Source of the DNA: Eledone cirrhosa
Taxonomy: Eukaryota
Reading direction: 5' to 3'
DNA length: 64,000 nt
Assembly (NCBI GenBank): GCA_964016885.1
Contig: OZ024763.1
Location: 15,748,001 to 15,812,000 of the forward strand
Shown: one piece after another, positions 1 to 14,412 of the stretch
Position numbering within the stretch: position 1 is the stretch's first letter
How the letters are laid out: each line of letters begins with the position of its first letter
Translations under genes and position numbers: made by a program
The notes under the pieces: model-generated
The model's input: the letters and a program-made list of their open reading frames with translations, nothing else
What the model was told of the DNA's origin: nothing
Database searches by the model: none

Positions 1-1466
1 GAGGGTGGGGGGTGTAAACAGGCTTAACAATAGTAAAAGGAAAGGTAAACACCAGCTTATAACAGGTACTGATTTTAGCATATACATGGTGTGGGAGGGG
101 TTCAGGTGGTAAACAAACGAAGTCTGACCGCCACAGGAGTCGAAACTACAAATAATAGCGAAGTATTTCTAACGAGATGGGAAAGAGTGAAAAAGGTCAG
201 CTTGCAACACTTTCTGTGTCAACTCCCATCATTCTCGTAAGGTAGAACAAATAAAATCGGGAAGCTAAGACATTCATACCTTTCCCACCCCTAAAAATAC
301 GTTTATCGATGTAAGGGAAGTAGTGTGTATATATAGAGAGGGTGAAGGGGGGTTCCCGAGTGGTGCCGGAGGGGTAACCAGTTACAAAAGGTACTCAATA
401 CGTTGGTTAGAGTATAGGCATATTTATTATATATATAGAAATGACTTCTACAGGACTAGAACTATATATATATATATGCGCGCGTGTGTTTGTATGTGTG
501 TTTATATGTGTGTTTATATGTATATATAGATGTTGAAACGGCAAGAGCTCAGCCGTATAGTATCGAGTACTCTTGTGAGTAATGGTCTAAACAGGTTTTT
601 ACTGCATCCAATTTCGGGCCCTCTCTGTAAACTATGGTTCTTGTAATCCGACAAGAACAGAAAAGGAAACGAGACTGTTTCGCCTACTGGGGTTGCCCGG
701 ACCAGAAGCCAGCACGGCGCTCACCATGACAAAAACAGACACAAGAGCTGAGATGTTGATTGAGGGGGAGGGTCAGAAACAGAATCTGGCGGGAAATATC
801 ATCAATAACATTTATAATATTATTGAAATAAATCACATAATAATAATAATAATATTAATAAAAATAATTTTTAAAAAGTTTATATGTAATAAACACGTGA
901 AGAATATGTATGTATGTACATATAGTTCGGATCTAGCTGTCGAAACGGCCGGAGCTCAGCCGTCGGGGTCCTGAATCTTTTCATATACATATATATATAT
1001 ATATATATAACTTCTACAGGACTAGAACTGTTTCATTCGTGTGTGTATACATATATATATGTGTTTATGTGTGTATGTGTATACATATATATGTGTGTAT
1101 GTGTGTCCCGGGTTCAACCACAAGTAAGGTACTCAATACATAGCAGATGATTTCCTTCAAATGAAACAGTTCTAGCCCTGTATATATATATATAACAGAA
1201 GCAAGTGAGATAATGCTGAGCTGTGGTTTTTGTTTTTAATAAACTAATTTCTTCTTTCGTTCGCCTTACCCCCTCCTCCAAGTAATAAATATTTCTAACA
1301 ATGCTACATGGTAAGGGAAAGCCTGTAGATAATGATATTAATGATAATAATAATAATAGTAGTAATAATAACATTTCAATTAACAGACAATAAAAGGCAT
1401 TCATAGACAAATATATTAAAAATAAAAATATCTATCTATTTACATATACATATTTATATATATATA

Positions 1467-1544
1467 CAGGGTGTCCCAAAAAAAAGTATACATACTTCGA
1501 CAGCATTCAAATAAATGTGTATACATTTTTCGGGGGACACCCTG
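1467..1544. mobile_element. Tiny Tc1/mariner-type MITE (CAGGGTGTCC TIRs); related copies ~3078-3153, ~8532-8625, ~10338-10430, 15665-15728, 48662-48732
   Basis: TIR cagggtgtccc...gggacaccctg, preceded by TA, internally palindromic, repeated several times in the window. Confidence 0.75.
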
Positions 1545-1550
1545 TGTATG

Positions 1551-1592
<42 letters not shown>

Positions 1593-2925
1593 CATTCACA
1601 GAAATACATATAATTATTTATATATTCATTATATTCATATACATACATACATACACACAAGAGGACGGCAAGTAGCTCAGTCGACACACTGTAGTAAAGA
1701 TATATATATATAGAGAGAGAGACGGAGAGAGAGGGGGGAATGAGGAGTGATGATGATGATCTATTACACTGGCTAGCTAGCTAGCTACTCATGGCGGTAG
1801 TTATTGTAGTGAAGTTTAGTAGTGGTGGCGGTGAACTAGGAAGAAACAGAGACATGGTGGTGGGAAATAATATTATTGCTGTGGTTGAAGTTGAAGAAGA
1901 ATCAACCACACTCACACACACTCAATAGTTGAGAGAGCTGGCCTAGTAGTTTATAGTCGAGGGACAAGTTTAGTCGCCATTCTCTGCACAGCTCTCTCTC
2001 TCCCATATATATATATAAACTCTCATACCAAATTGAGCACTGTTTTTTTTTCACATCCACCAATATTTTATTACACATCTTTATATAAAAATAAAATGTA
2101 GAGTAAATTCATGCATTTGTTTCTATTTCTTTATTGTCTCTAATACTTATTTAAAACCCTAAAAACAGTTGGTTATCAAAATCAAAAACACTTGCCCTTT
2201 ATATGCATTAATGAATGTAATAACCTACTTTTAAATTTATACAACGGACATTCACAAATTCCCACATGTTCGAAATTGATACTTTTAGAATCATTAAAAT
2301 ATTTTTTTTTTCGTGTGGTTACCTTGTAACCAGTCAAATATTTTATAATAACCAGAATAGCAATAAATATATTAATTTTTTTTTTCGTCTAAATTATGCA
2401 CTAAAACAATACAACAATTTTAAACAATCCCACATGTTAGAAAATGAATGATTATAGTAAATAAAAAGAAAAAAGAAAAAAGAAAAAATGATTCAACAAA
2501 ACTAAAATACATCGATACATGTTATTACTAACTCCCAACTCCACATAATACATGAAAATCTAGCAACCATTTAAAAATGAACAGGCGGGCATACTCTCAC
2601 ATGTAGCAAACGTTGGTTAAAAACAAACACACACAAGAACATACAAACAACGATCAAATCCCAAATAATAAATACTATTAACTATATTAATTACTAAAGT
2701 ACTACTCTTACATTATTAGTGTCGTAAAACAATGACCATTACCTCAAAAATATAAACCACACATCAAGGCGACCATGTTTAAATACGACAGCCATAACAT
2801 ACACTCCCACATGTAGCAAAAACAATACTTCGTAATGAAGTAAAAGATAGATTAAGATTATATATATATAATTTTTGTTAATATTTTTTCAAGTTTAATT
2901 TCTAACACACATTATATATATATAT

Positions 2926-2963
<38 letters not shown>

Positions 2964-3007
2964 TTGTGTGTGTGTTAGAAATCAAACTTGAAAAAATATT
3001 ACACCCT

Positions 3008-3065
<58 letters not shown>

Positions 3066-3459
3066 CATACATACATACAGGGTGTCTCAAAAAATGTATC
3101 CTCACTTCAACAGCACTCTAATCAAAGTGTGAATACATTTTGGGGGGACACAGTATATTAGAAATCAAACTTGAATAACATTAACAACAGAAAATATATC
3201 CCAACTAATATTATTTTTATTACTATTATTATATTTATTGTTTCGTTGTATGGGAAATGTGAGAAATGAAAAATGAATATTTTTTTGGGGAAAAAAAAAG
3301 TTTTGTTTAACCAAATGTTTTTGTGTGACTCGTGTAAAACTGAGTTTAGCCACTCTAGCGTCAACAGGCAGCTTGGACTAATTTTAAATTCCTAGCCCAA
3401 AGTACGCGATACGACCCCATTTTTATATTATATATAAAGTATATTAATTATTATTTATT

Positions 3460-3532
<73 letters not shown>

Positions 3533-3604
3533 AAAAGCCAGACTGTTTTCCTAATTCATATTCACACTAACATAATAAATATGAGGATGGGCAGAGAGGA
3601 ACAG

Positions 3605-3642
<38 letters not shown>

Positions 3643-5147
3643 TTAAATTTGGGACCCCGACGGCTGAGCTCCTGCCGTTTCAACAGCAAGATCCACACAT
3701 ACGCATATATATATATATATATATATAAAACATGTGAAGACAAGACAAAAAAAAAAAAAGAAGTAAAACTGAGAAAGAAAAGAAAGAAAAAAAAACTATA
3801 TTTAAATGTGGTGGAGTTAAGACACGAAAAAAAAAATATATATAAAGTTTAAAAGTACATATTTGTTGTCGGTGTGAAATATATCGGTTAACTAAGTTAA
3901 ACGTTGAATGTAAAACATGGAGGGTATTTGGAAGAGAGCGGGTGGAAGAAAAAGAAGAAGAGACTGAGAGAAAGAAAGAAGAAAATAGGCCAAGAATTCA
4001 CTGAATACATGGAGGAGGGGACATTTTGGAAAAGACGACTAATAAAATAATCATTGCTATAGTATTACTGTTACTATTATTATTACTATTTTTATTATTG
4101 AAATATACTGACAGCAAAATAAATTACAAACGCTACATGTTTGTATATACATGTGTGTGTGTGTATATATGTCTGTATGTGTGTATATATATAAGATCAA
4201 AAGATGGTACTCCAGTCCTACAAAACTGTAGAGTGCTTCTTATCCGATATCTGCATTGCTTTATTGTACTACAATAAAACTCACCTCCTACATATATATA
4301 TATATACAGACACACACACACATATATATATATACATATATATATACATACACACACACATATATATACATACATATATATATATACATACACACATATT
4401 TTCTATTTCGTTAAAGACAGACAGAGGAAGGAAAGGTAGCAGAGAGAGAGACATACAAAATTTGGTTTTATTTGTGTGGTGGCTTATTTTTTTTATTTAT
4501 TTATTTAAAAATCAGTAAAAATAAACAAGCATGAAATTTCCGGGTTTTTATTCATCATCTCAGACATAATCTATATTTATTTTAAATCTTCTTATTCATT
4601 TTTTCAAACGACACTTCATTTCGATCGGCCTGTTCACCGACCGTCTTCATAAATTATTTAACACACACTCTCTATATATATTGAGTGCTTCTCTCTCGTA
4701 CCGCTTGCAGATAGAAGTGTGTGTATACATACACATGTATGTATATATGTGTGTGTGAATATATATATATATGTGTGTGTGTGTGTGGGTCTAACAAACG
4801 AACTGGACGTTCCTTGCAAGAATCATCTAGTTTCTTGAAATCTTCGGTAATGAAATAATTACATTGTGTTATGTAATTAAATAGCTCTGTATAATATATA
4901 GAGCACTCTTTTTCTTTACTTTTTCTATGGAAATACTTAACACACACACATATATATGTATGTGTCTGTGTGTGTGTGTGTATGTATATATATATATATA
5001 TACACTCACAGGAAAATATATTTTTGTGTATGAAGAGAGCGATGTTTTTCACATTTGTTAAATTTTCACAGCAAGGCTTATAAATAGATTTTTTTTTTTA
5101 AACGCGTCATGTATTGCATAAATTTATTCTCTCGCTCTCTCTCTTTA

Positions 5148-5185
<38 letters not shown>

Positions 5186-5370
5186 TAAATGGAAACTGCT
5201 TCAAATCTGTTATAAATATATTTGTTGAATTACCAACAAATTAAATATCCCTTTGCTTATATATATATATATACAATATATTAACAAATGGAAATTATCC
5301 GGGTGCTTCCAACCGACATGGTCGCATTCTTTTAAGGGTATGTTAATATTTGTTTATAAAACTGATCTAT

Positions 5371-5433
5371 ATTATATCTGATGAAAGCGCACCATAATTT
5401 GCTTTGGTGTCCTTGAAATATGTATAATGAAAT
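5371..5433 (+). ncRNA. Type I hammerhead ribozyme, family C (weak stem I)
   Basis: CTGATGA-aagcgcacca...tggtgtcctt-GAAA-tatgta-TA; homologous to the 37915 copy; followed by the bulged hairpin at 5473-5495. Confidence 0.6.
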
Positions 5434-5822
5434 AAATATGGTTTTATAAATATAGCTTCCATTTGTATTTTTACTTCAAAAATTTGTTGAGTGCTTTATA
5501 TCAGTTATAAAAATATTTGCTTGTTGTATCCCAACAATTTAAATATAACTTCTACATATATATATAGGGAGAGAGAGAGGGGGGTGGAGAGAGAGAGAGA
5601 GATGCTTGAACGAACACGAGTTATAGCGGCGGAGTGAATCATCAGCTGCCAAACCAATAAATACACTCTACTACATGTATTGAGTGCTGTGTGTGCCCCC
5701 CCCCCCACCTTCACTTTTCTCTCGTTCAGTTTGCACAGCGAAACGTACGTACATATACATATATTCCCCTGTGTATGTGTGTGTGTGTATATATATATAT
5801 AAAAATAAATATATATATATAT

Positions 5823-5877
<55 letters not shown>

Positions 5878-6007
5878 TATATACACACACACACTACAAG
5901 AGGTGTGGGTGACAGCAGCAGGAAATATGACCGAAAGAATATTTTTACTATGGTGGAGAGAGGGTAGAGGGTATTCGTTCTCTCACACGGCAACATTTAC
6001 TGCTGTA

Positions 6008-6087
<80 letters not shown>

Positions 6088-6145
6088 TCATTTACTGGTT
6101 TGTCATTGGATTGTGGCTATGCTGGGGCACCGGTATATATATATA

Positions 6146-6317
6146 TATAACGAAGGAGGTGTGCTAAGAAACCAGATGGACCATAACGCACCAGAGTACT
6201 CAATACTTAGGGTAGTAGAGTGGGTAATAGGAAAATGTTTAACCCCGACGGCAGAGCTGAAGCCGTTTCGACGGCGTAACGGCTTCAGCTCTGCCGTCGG
6301 GGTTAAACATTTTCCTG
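6146..6317 (-). mobile_element. Family G Penelope-like/retrozyme-like element (hammerhead 3' half, bulged hairpin, inverted short arm) in (TA)n
   Basis: Homologous to 9258, 17607, 26057, 28702 and 51259 copies; GAAA-cggct..agccg-TC stem III. Confidence 0.65.
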
Positions 6318-6418
6318 TATATAATCATTATGGGTGGAACGAAATCGTACTTGGCCTGCATTAGTCTATATATAGATGACTCCTACAGGCCTATAACTGT
6401 TTCGTTCCACCCACAATG

Positions 6419-6462
<44 letters not shown>

Positions 6463-6740
6463 CATTATATATGAATATAACGGTAACCTGGGACAATCTG
6501 CTTTTGCGTGTGAAATCATAATTATTATAATCCTCTTAACATGCTAGACTAAATCTTTTTTTTTCCCAATTATTTTTGGTTATCTTGAAAATATTTATTT
6601 TTATCATACATTAAAACTTCACAGTTGTGAACAGGAGGGTTGAGTGAAATTTAAACTTCATATTTTACTATTTTATTATATAGAAATGACTTCTACGGGT
6701 TGAGAACTGTTAGATATATATATTTATATATATATTAGTA

Positions 6741-6932
6741 ATAATTGTTTCTACTTTTGGCACAAGGCCAGCTATTATCACAGTGTATTACTGGTGCTTT
6801 ATTTTATTGACTCCTTTAGGATGAAAGGCGAAGTTAACCTCGGCGGGATTTGAACTCAGACCATAAGGGGCCGTAACTCTTTGCTGTAAAGCATGGCGTC
6901 CGACTCTCTACCGATACTACCAATCCACCGCC
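6741..6932 (-). mobile_element. tRNA-derived SINE with Meta-like central domain (full-length copy)
   Basis: Minus strand has A-box-like tggtagtatcgg, B-box gagttcaaatcc and core gcctttcatcct...gtcaataaaataaagcaccag; many copies in window. Meta-domain assignment is from memory. Confidence 0.8.
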
Positions 6933-7129
6933 ATATATATATTAGTAATAATGAATACAAAGGCCAAAATCCAGAGAGGACTCGATAAGGGTTATATATA
7001 TATATATATATGTGTATGTGTGTGTGTGTAAATGAAGTATTTCCGTCGGAAAGGTCCAGGAAAAAAGAGTGCTCTATGTAGGTTACAGAGCTTATTAGTT
7101 ATGTAATAAACAACATAAAATAATTATTT

Positions 7130-7183
7130 CATTTACCAGTGGTTTCTTGAAAGCAAACAAATTTGCTTTCAGTCATCAGAATG
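7130..7183 (-). ncRNA. Type I hammerhead ribozyme, family D (intact core)
   Basis: Reverse complement: catt-CTGATGA-ctgaaagcaaa/tttgctttcaa-GAAA-cca c tgg-TA-aatg; stem I catt/aatg, GTA cleavage triplet. Confidence 0.8.
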
Positions 7184-7277
7184 GAAAAAATCCTGGTGTT
7201 TTTATTGAATGTGGATTTGAAAACACCAAGAAACCACTAGTAAATGAAATAATTATCTTATGTTGTTTTATTACATG

Positions 7278-7313
<36 letters not shown>

Positions 7314-7315
<2 letters not shown>

Positions 7316-7361
7316 CTTCTACAGGACTAGAACTGTTTCATTCGTATGAAATCATCAGGAA
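7314..7361 (-). ncRNA. Type I hammerhead ribozyme, family A (intact core); partial or degenerate copies at ~445, ~1010, ~1155, ~6378, 11165-11216, 15071-15117, ~17385, ~18175, ~29522
   Basis: Reverse complement: ttc-CTGATGA-tttcatacgaat-GAAA-cag ttctagtc ctg-TA-gaa. Confidence 0.75.
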
Positions 7362-7996
7362 TGAAACAGTTCTAGTCTTGTAGAAGCCATTTCTATATGG
7401 CTCCTACAGGACTAGAACAGTTTCATTCCACCTATAATAATAATAATATATATATAGAGAGAGAGAGAGGTGGGGGGGGGGGGGCAGGTGAGTTGGGTGA
7501 TGCGGTGATGTTCATCACACTCCTATATGCTATGACTATCAAAATCGATAACCACCAAATCTAACTAAATAAATATTCGAACAACAGCAAGTAGTTTTCT
7601 GAATGGGGCGAGGAATGAAGGAACTGAGCTGAGTTATTTGAATAACGAAAGGGCACCGGGTAGCAGTCACACAGAACACCACCACTATCATCATCATGAC
7701 GGTAACGGTGATGACGAGCTAGCCACAAACAACAAAGAGATTAACAACAAACAGCAAAGCAACACAAGGACCAAAAATTAAATATTTTGTTGACACGAAT
7801 ATAAACATCTGTAAACGAGAATATATATATATATATATATATTTTTAATTTTTATTTTCAATGGCAATGCCCCAGCATGGCCTCAACCAGTCGGCTGGAT
7901 CACGTAAAACAATGTGTGTGTGTGTGTATATACTTGCATTTCATCTATTCGAGGTCGATAAAAAAAGTACCGGTCTAAAAGAGTGTGTATGTGTTT

Positions 7997-8089
<93 letters not shown>

Positions 8090-8093
8090 AGTG

Positions 8094-8145
<52 letters not shown>

Positions 8146-8494
8146 GACCAGAAACGAATTTTCAACATGAACGAGCCTTGGGAAGAGATAGAACCTTTAT
8201 GTGGTCACTTGACCAGCAAGAAATAGCAGCCAAATCGGCCACAAATTTACAGCCCGTCGGTCGTCTTCGAAAAATAAATAAAGGACGGTAGTGAGAAGTA
8301 GGACACATTGAACAATGTAGTCCTAGCTATAGAAATAGACGGGATGGTGACATGTTTTTAAGGGGAGTGTTATTCTTTTAAATGATAGGTTTGTTAATTC
8401 TATGGCTGACCAAGGGTTCCAAACAGCAAATATGAGACAAGCGTCTTGAGAAAATTGGTCAACATTGGAACTGAACCGCCTTTCTTTTAATTAT

Positions 8495-8534
<40 letters not shown>

Positions 8535-9257
8535 GGGTCCTAAAAATGTATATACACTTTCATTACCTGTACAAGCAATATTTATTAGAATGCGGTTGAA
8601 CTGTTTCTACATTTTTGGAGGACACGGTTTGCGTGTGTGTGTGTGTGTGTGTGTATATACATATATATATACACACATAGTCCTTGGTGTATGTGCGTAT
8701 ATATATATACACATACACAGCAAGGACTATGTTGAAAAAAATAGACCTCATTTGGTCTTTCCATTAGTATCTTGGTCAGCCTATGAACTTTTCAGCCAAC
8801 CATATATATATTATAGAGAGATAGATAAAGAGAGAGAGAGAGAGAGATCACTGGTATGACCATTATTCAGCAGAGTACTCGATACTTGGGATAGTAGGGG
8901 GGGGGGGGTAACTATATTAGGGACAGTCGGCTGAGCTCTTGCCGTTTCGACATACGCACGCACAAACACAATAAATATATTAGCTTCTAACAGGACAGGT
9001 CAGAACAGAAACCTACGGCTAAACAACATCAACAATAAAAATAATTCTTTCTACATAAGGCACAAGGCCAGCAATTTTGGTGAGAGGGAAAAGTCGGTTA
9101 AATTGTCGCCCAATGCATTACTGGTACTTATTTTATCGACCTCCGTAAGGATGAAAGCAATAAAAATAATATCAACAGCGACATTGAAAACAATAACATT
9201 TAGTATCGTATAAAATAAAATAATCTTTTATAGCAAAAAAATGTTTATATATATATA

Positions 9258-9454
9258 TAGCGAGGGAAAAGTGGTAAGGAACCAGGTGGACCATAACGCA
9301 CCAAAGTACTCAATACTTAGGGTAGTAGAGTGGGTAATAGGAGTAAGTAAGACCCCGACGGCTGAGCTCAAGCCGTTTCGACGGCTAATTCTGTACTCAT
9401 TACAGAATTAGCCGTCGAAACGGCTTGAGCTCAGCCGTCGGGGTCTTACTTACT

Positions 9455-9459
<5 letters not shown>
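9258..9459 (-). mobile_element. Family G element with head-to-head inverted arms
   Basis: Perfect inverted arms ~9338-9459 around ctcat; long arm carries the hairpin at 9305-9331; flanked by (TA)n. Confidence 0.7.
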
Positions 9460-9505
<46 letters not shown>

Positions 9506-9765
9506 CTGTGTGAACGCAATGAACGAGACACCATATCTTTTCCAGCTCCCTAGCATTAATATATGGAGTATCCTTTATTACACATCCTAGCGGTGTCGAT
9601 AAAATGAATACCAGTAATATAATATTCATTTGCACGTCAATAACCTTTCTACAGCATACTTGATAAATGTATACTATACCTGTATTAATATATAGAGGGT
9701 GGTTTTATATATATAAAACCTTCTATACCCACATTGAGTACTCTCCTGATTTGTGGTCTCCACGG

Positions 9766-9821
<56 letters not shown>

Positions 9822-9847
9822 CAAAAGATGATTAAAAGAGTTCCATG

Positions 9848-9918
9848 TATTTTATTATGCGCATTTCAAAAACAAATATCATTATGGGATGATATTTGCG
9901 TTCTCATCAGATAAAATA
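9848..9918 (-). ncRNA. Type I hammerhead ribozyme, family B
   Basis: Reverse complement: tattttat-CTGATGA-gaacgcaaatatc..gatatttgttttt-GAAA-tgcgca-TA-ataaaata. Confidence 0.8.
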
Positions 9919-10099
9919 GGGAGACATATGAAGCTTAAAAAACACTTGCGAGCAGTGAAGTGTTAAATCAATATATATATATATATTTTAACCATCTTTT
10001 GATTTTATATTATTTATACTCCAGTCCTATAAACTGTTGAGTGCTACTTATCCGATATTTGCATTGCTTTATTGTGCTACAATAAAACTCACCTCCTAC

Positions 10100-10153
<54 letters not shown>

Positions 10154-10299
10154 GAGGGGTGTATACGGTGCTGAGATGGGGAGACCACTTATCAACGGAG
10201 TACTCAATGCATGGGTAGATGCAGAGTCGGTATAGAGATATGAAAAAATCTCGAAACAGCTTCGCGCCGCGGTCTGGATTATACATATCTCCCCCTCTC

Positions 10300-10337
<38 letters not shown>

Positions 10338-10984
10338 GTGTCCCAAAAATATGTATACACACTTTGATTACCTGTACAGGCAATATTTATTAGAATGCTG
10401 TTGAAGTCCGTATACATTTTTGAGGAACACTATACATATTATATCCTTACACTCCTATGTTAGCTTGTCTATAGAATTAATGATATTGTTTGTGAGAATC
10501 CCATTCATGAGGAAATTATATATAAAAATGTCCGCTATATATATATATATATATTATATTAATAGGCACACCTTATATTATTTATATATAGCCATCCCTT
10601 TTAGGTCAACGAAGTACAACTGTTCATGTAGGTAAAGTGGATGAAAAATTAGGTACCAGTTATATGTTTAGCAATGATATTTATTGCGTTGACTAAATAA
10701 ACTCGTTTTACCCTGCAAAAATATGATTTATGCTCTGGTGTCCAGCGACAATGAAACTGTGAGAAAATCCTCAATACTTTAAAGTAGAGCTGGCATATTT
10801 TCATATTTTTCTAGTATAAGCTGTTCCGTTTTCTCAGAACTCATCAGTAATTTTTTTTTTATTTCAATATATAAAATATACTCAAGATAATTAACAACGA
10901 AAGGTGTAAAGATATATATATATATATATACACGTATATATCATATATATATATGTATATATATACACACACACACACATATAT

Positions 10985-11065
<81 letters not shown>

Positions 11066-11221
11066 GTATATATAATCACGAGCAAACTGCAGGAGCTTCA
11101 CGGTCGAATATTTTCTAAATATATTCTGCATCCATGATATCGAGTACTTCTTTGATAAGAGAGAGACCTTCCTGATGATTTCTTGCGAATAGAACAGTTC
11201 TAGTCCTGTAGAAGTCATTTC

Positions 11222-11303
<82 letters not shown>

Positions 11304-11307
<4 letters not shown>

Positions 11308-11443
11308 CGAAGGAAATGTGGTAAGGAACCAGGTGGACCATAACGCACCAAAGTACTCAATACTTAGGGTAGTAGAGTGGGTAATAGGAACCAGTAAGAC
11401 CCCGACGGCTGAGCTCAAGCCGTTTCGACGGCTAATTCTGGAC
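11304..11443 (-). mobile_element. Family G element, single arm
   Basis: Near-identical to the long arm of other G copies; (TA)n on both sides. Confidence 0.7.
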
Positions 11444-11550
11444 TATATATATATATATATGAAAAAGATATATACCTATACTCTACTAATGTATTGAGTA
11501 CCTTTTTTTTAATCTGTGGCCACCTCCCGATTTACAACAGGATCCTTCAT

Positions 11551-11749
11551 ACGAGGGTTGACTGAATAGTTCACAGGCTGACTCTGAAGGAGTGATGCTA
11601 GAGCTATGAAATCTTGCATGCATTAATTTCAATTCTTCCTATTAATATATGCAGTTTCTTTCCAGGGACTACTTTGGAAAATAAACCTCCATTTGGTCAT
11701 TCCATGAGAGTATCTTGCTCAGCCTACGAACGTTTCTGCCAACCGCCGT
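11551..11749. mobile_element. Mariner-type MITE (related pieces ~8720-8800 and 51620-51925, the latter with an internal ~143-bp tandem duplication)
   Basis: Imperfect TIRs tacgagggttgactgaatagttcacaggctga / tcagcctacgaacgtttctgccaaccgccgtg; repeated internal sequence. Confidence 0.6.
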
Positions 11750-12141
11750 GTGAATGTGTGTATGTATATGTGTATATGTGTATATATATTAATTATATAT
11801 TTATTAATTTTTTTTTTCTCCTCGTGCAATGGCCATACTCGATAACGAGGGGGCAGCCATCATATATATATATATAGTAGTTCCACAACAGTTAGTTCAC
11901 CATACCGAGAACAATGTAAAATATCCCAGTGCCCCAGCATGGCCGCAGTAAAGGAATATATAAGAATAGTAGACTGTTTGAGTGAAAGGAGCCAACAGTA
12001 AGTAGTGAGTGGCATGGAGGGTGGAAATGGAATGTAATGAAAGAAGCGATGCATGGTAGCTTTATAGCTGCTGGGCCGCCTAGCCTGGATAGAGCAAGCC
12101 ATAACTCCCTCCATTACTTTTATATATACACACACGCACAC

Positions 12142-14412
12142 TGAGAACCGGAGAGAGAGAGAGAGACCCCAGTTAAACTACGACCGGACAGGCAGTCACC
12201 TATTTCTACCATTAAAAGACTTTCCAGATATGACCACCTTGTATTAGAACCTAATTTCACCTATGACCATTTAATTCCGTCCTTTAGTCTAACAATATCA
12301 CAGAGAACCAGGGAGAGAGAGAGACCCCAGTTAAACTCTGATTGGGGAGACAGTCACCTATTTCTACCATTAAAAGACTTTCCAGATATGACCACCTTGT
12401 ATTAGAACCTAATTTCACCTATGTCCATTCCGTCCTTTAGTCTAACAATATTACAGAGAACCAGGGAGAGAGAGAGACCCCAGTTAAACTCTGATTGGGG
12501 AAACAGTCACCTATTTCTACCATTAAAAGACTTTCCAAATATGACCACCTTGTATTAGAACCTAATTTCACCTATGTCCATTCCGTCCTTTAGTCTAACA
12601 ATATCACACAGACAACTAGGGAGAGAGAGAGAGAGAGACCCCAGTTAAACTCTGATTGGGGAGACAGTCACCTGTTTCTACCATTAAAAGACTTTCCAGA
12701 TATGACCACCTTGTATTAGAACCTAATTTCACCTATGACCATTTAATTCCGTCCTTTAGTCTAACAATATCACAGAGAACCAGGGAGAGAGAGAGACCCC
12801 AGTTAAACTCTGATTGGGGAGAGTCACCTGTTTCTACCATTAAAAGACTTTCCAGATATGACCACCTACGACCATTTAATTCCGTCCTTTAGACTAACAA
12901 TATCACAGAGAACCAGGGAGAGAGAAAGACCCCAGTTAAACTCTGATTGGGGAGACAGTCACCTATTTCTACCAATAAAAAACTTTCCAAATATGACCAC
13001 CTTGTATTAGAACCTAATTTCACCTATGTCCATTCCGTCCTTTAGTCTAACAATATCACACAGACAACTAGGGAGAGAGAGACCCCAGTTAAACTCTGAT
13101 TGGGGAGACAGTCACCTATTTCTACCATTAAAAGACTTTCCAAATATGACCACCTTGTATTAGAACCTAATTTCACCTATGTCCATTCCGTCCTTTAGTC
13201 TAACAATATTACAGAGAACCAGGGAGAGAGAGAGACCCCAGTTAAACTCTGATTGGGGAAACAGTCACCTATTTCTACCATTAAAAGACTTTCCAAATAT
13301 GACCACCTTGTATTAGAACCTAATTTCACCTATGTCCATTCCGTCCTTTAGTCTAACAATATCACACAGACAACTAGGGAGAGAGAGAGAGAGAGACCCC
13401 AGTTAAACTCTGATTGGGGAGACAGTCACCTGTTTCTACCATTAAAAGACTTTCCAGATATGACCACCTTGTATTAGAACCTAATTTCACCTATGACCAT
13501 TTAATTCCGTCCTTTAGTCTAACAATATCACAGAGAACCAGGGAGAGAGAGAGACCCCAGTTAAACTCTGATTGGGGAGAGTCACCTGTTTCTACCATTA
13601 AAAGACTTTCCAGATATGACCACCTACGACCATTTAATTCCGTCCTTTAGACTAACAATATCACAGAGAACCAGGGAGAGAGAAAGACCCCAGTTAAACT
13701 CTGATTGGGGAGACAGTCACCTATTTCTACCAATAAAAAACTTTCCAAATATGACCACCTTGTATTAGAACCTAATTTCACCTATGTCCATTCCGTCCTT
13801 TAGTCTAACAATATCACACAGACAACTAGGGAGAGAGAGACCCCAGTTAAACTCTGATTGGGGAGACAGTCACCTGTTTCTACCATTAAAAGACTTTCCA
13901 GATATGACCACCTTGTATTAGAACCTAATTTCACCTACGACCATTTAATTCCGTCCTTTAGACTAACAATATCACAGAGAACCAGGGAGAGAAAGACCCC
14001 AGTTAAACTCTGATTGGGGAGACAGTCACCTATTTCTACCATTAAAAGACTTTCCAAATATGACCACCTTGTATTAGAACCTAATTTCACCTATGTCCAT
14101 TCCGTCCTTTAGTCTAACAATATCACACAGACAACTAGGGAGAGAGAGACCCCAGTTAAACTCTGATTGGGGAGACAGTCACCTATTTCTACCTTTAAAA
14201 GACTTTCCAGATATGACCACCTTGTATTAGAACCTAATTTCACCTATGTCCATTCCATCCTTTAGTCTAACAATATCACAGAGAACCAGGGAGAGAGAGA
14301 GACCCCAGTTAAACTCTGATTGGGGAGACAGTCACCTATTTCTACCATTAAAAGTCTTTCCAAATATGACCACCTTGTATAAGAACCTAATTTCACCTAT
14401 GTCCATTCCATC
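12142..14412. repeat. Tandem satellite, 15 monomers of 133-161 bp with a 758-bp five-monomer higher-order repeat
   Basis: Marker ccccagttaaact at 12167, 12325, 12478, 12639, 12797, 12930, 13083, 13236, 13397, 13555, 13688, 13841, 13997, 14150, 14303. Confidence 0.95.

Noticed and set aside
8145-8480. Higher-complexity segment that might be an exon
   Set aside because: The frames I translated contain stops and show no recognisable protein motif.
12142-14412. CRISPR-like regular repeats
   Set aside because: Whole units repeat with no unique spacers; eukaryotic satellite.
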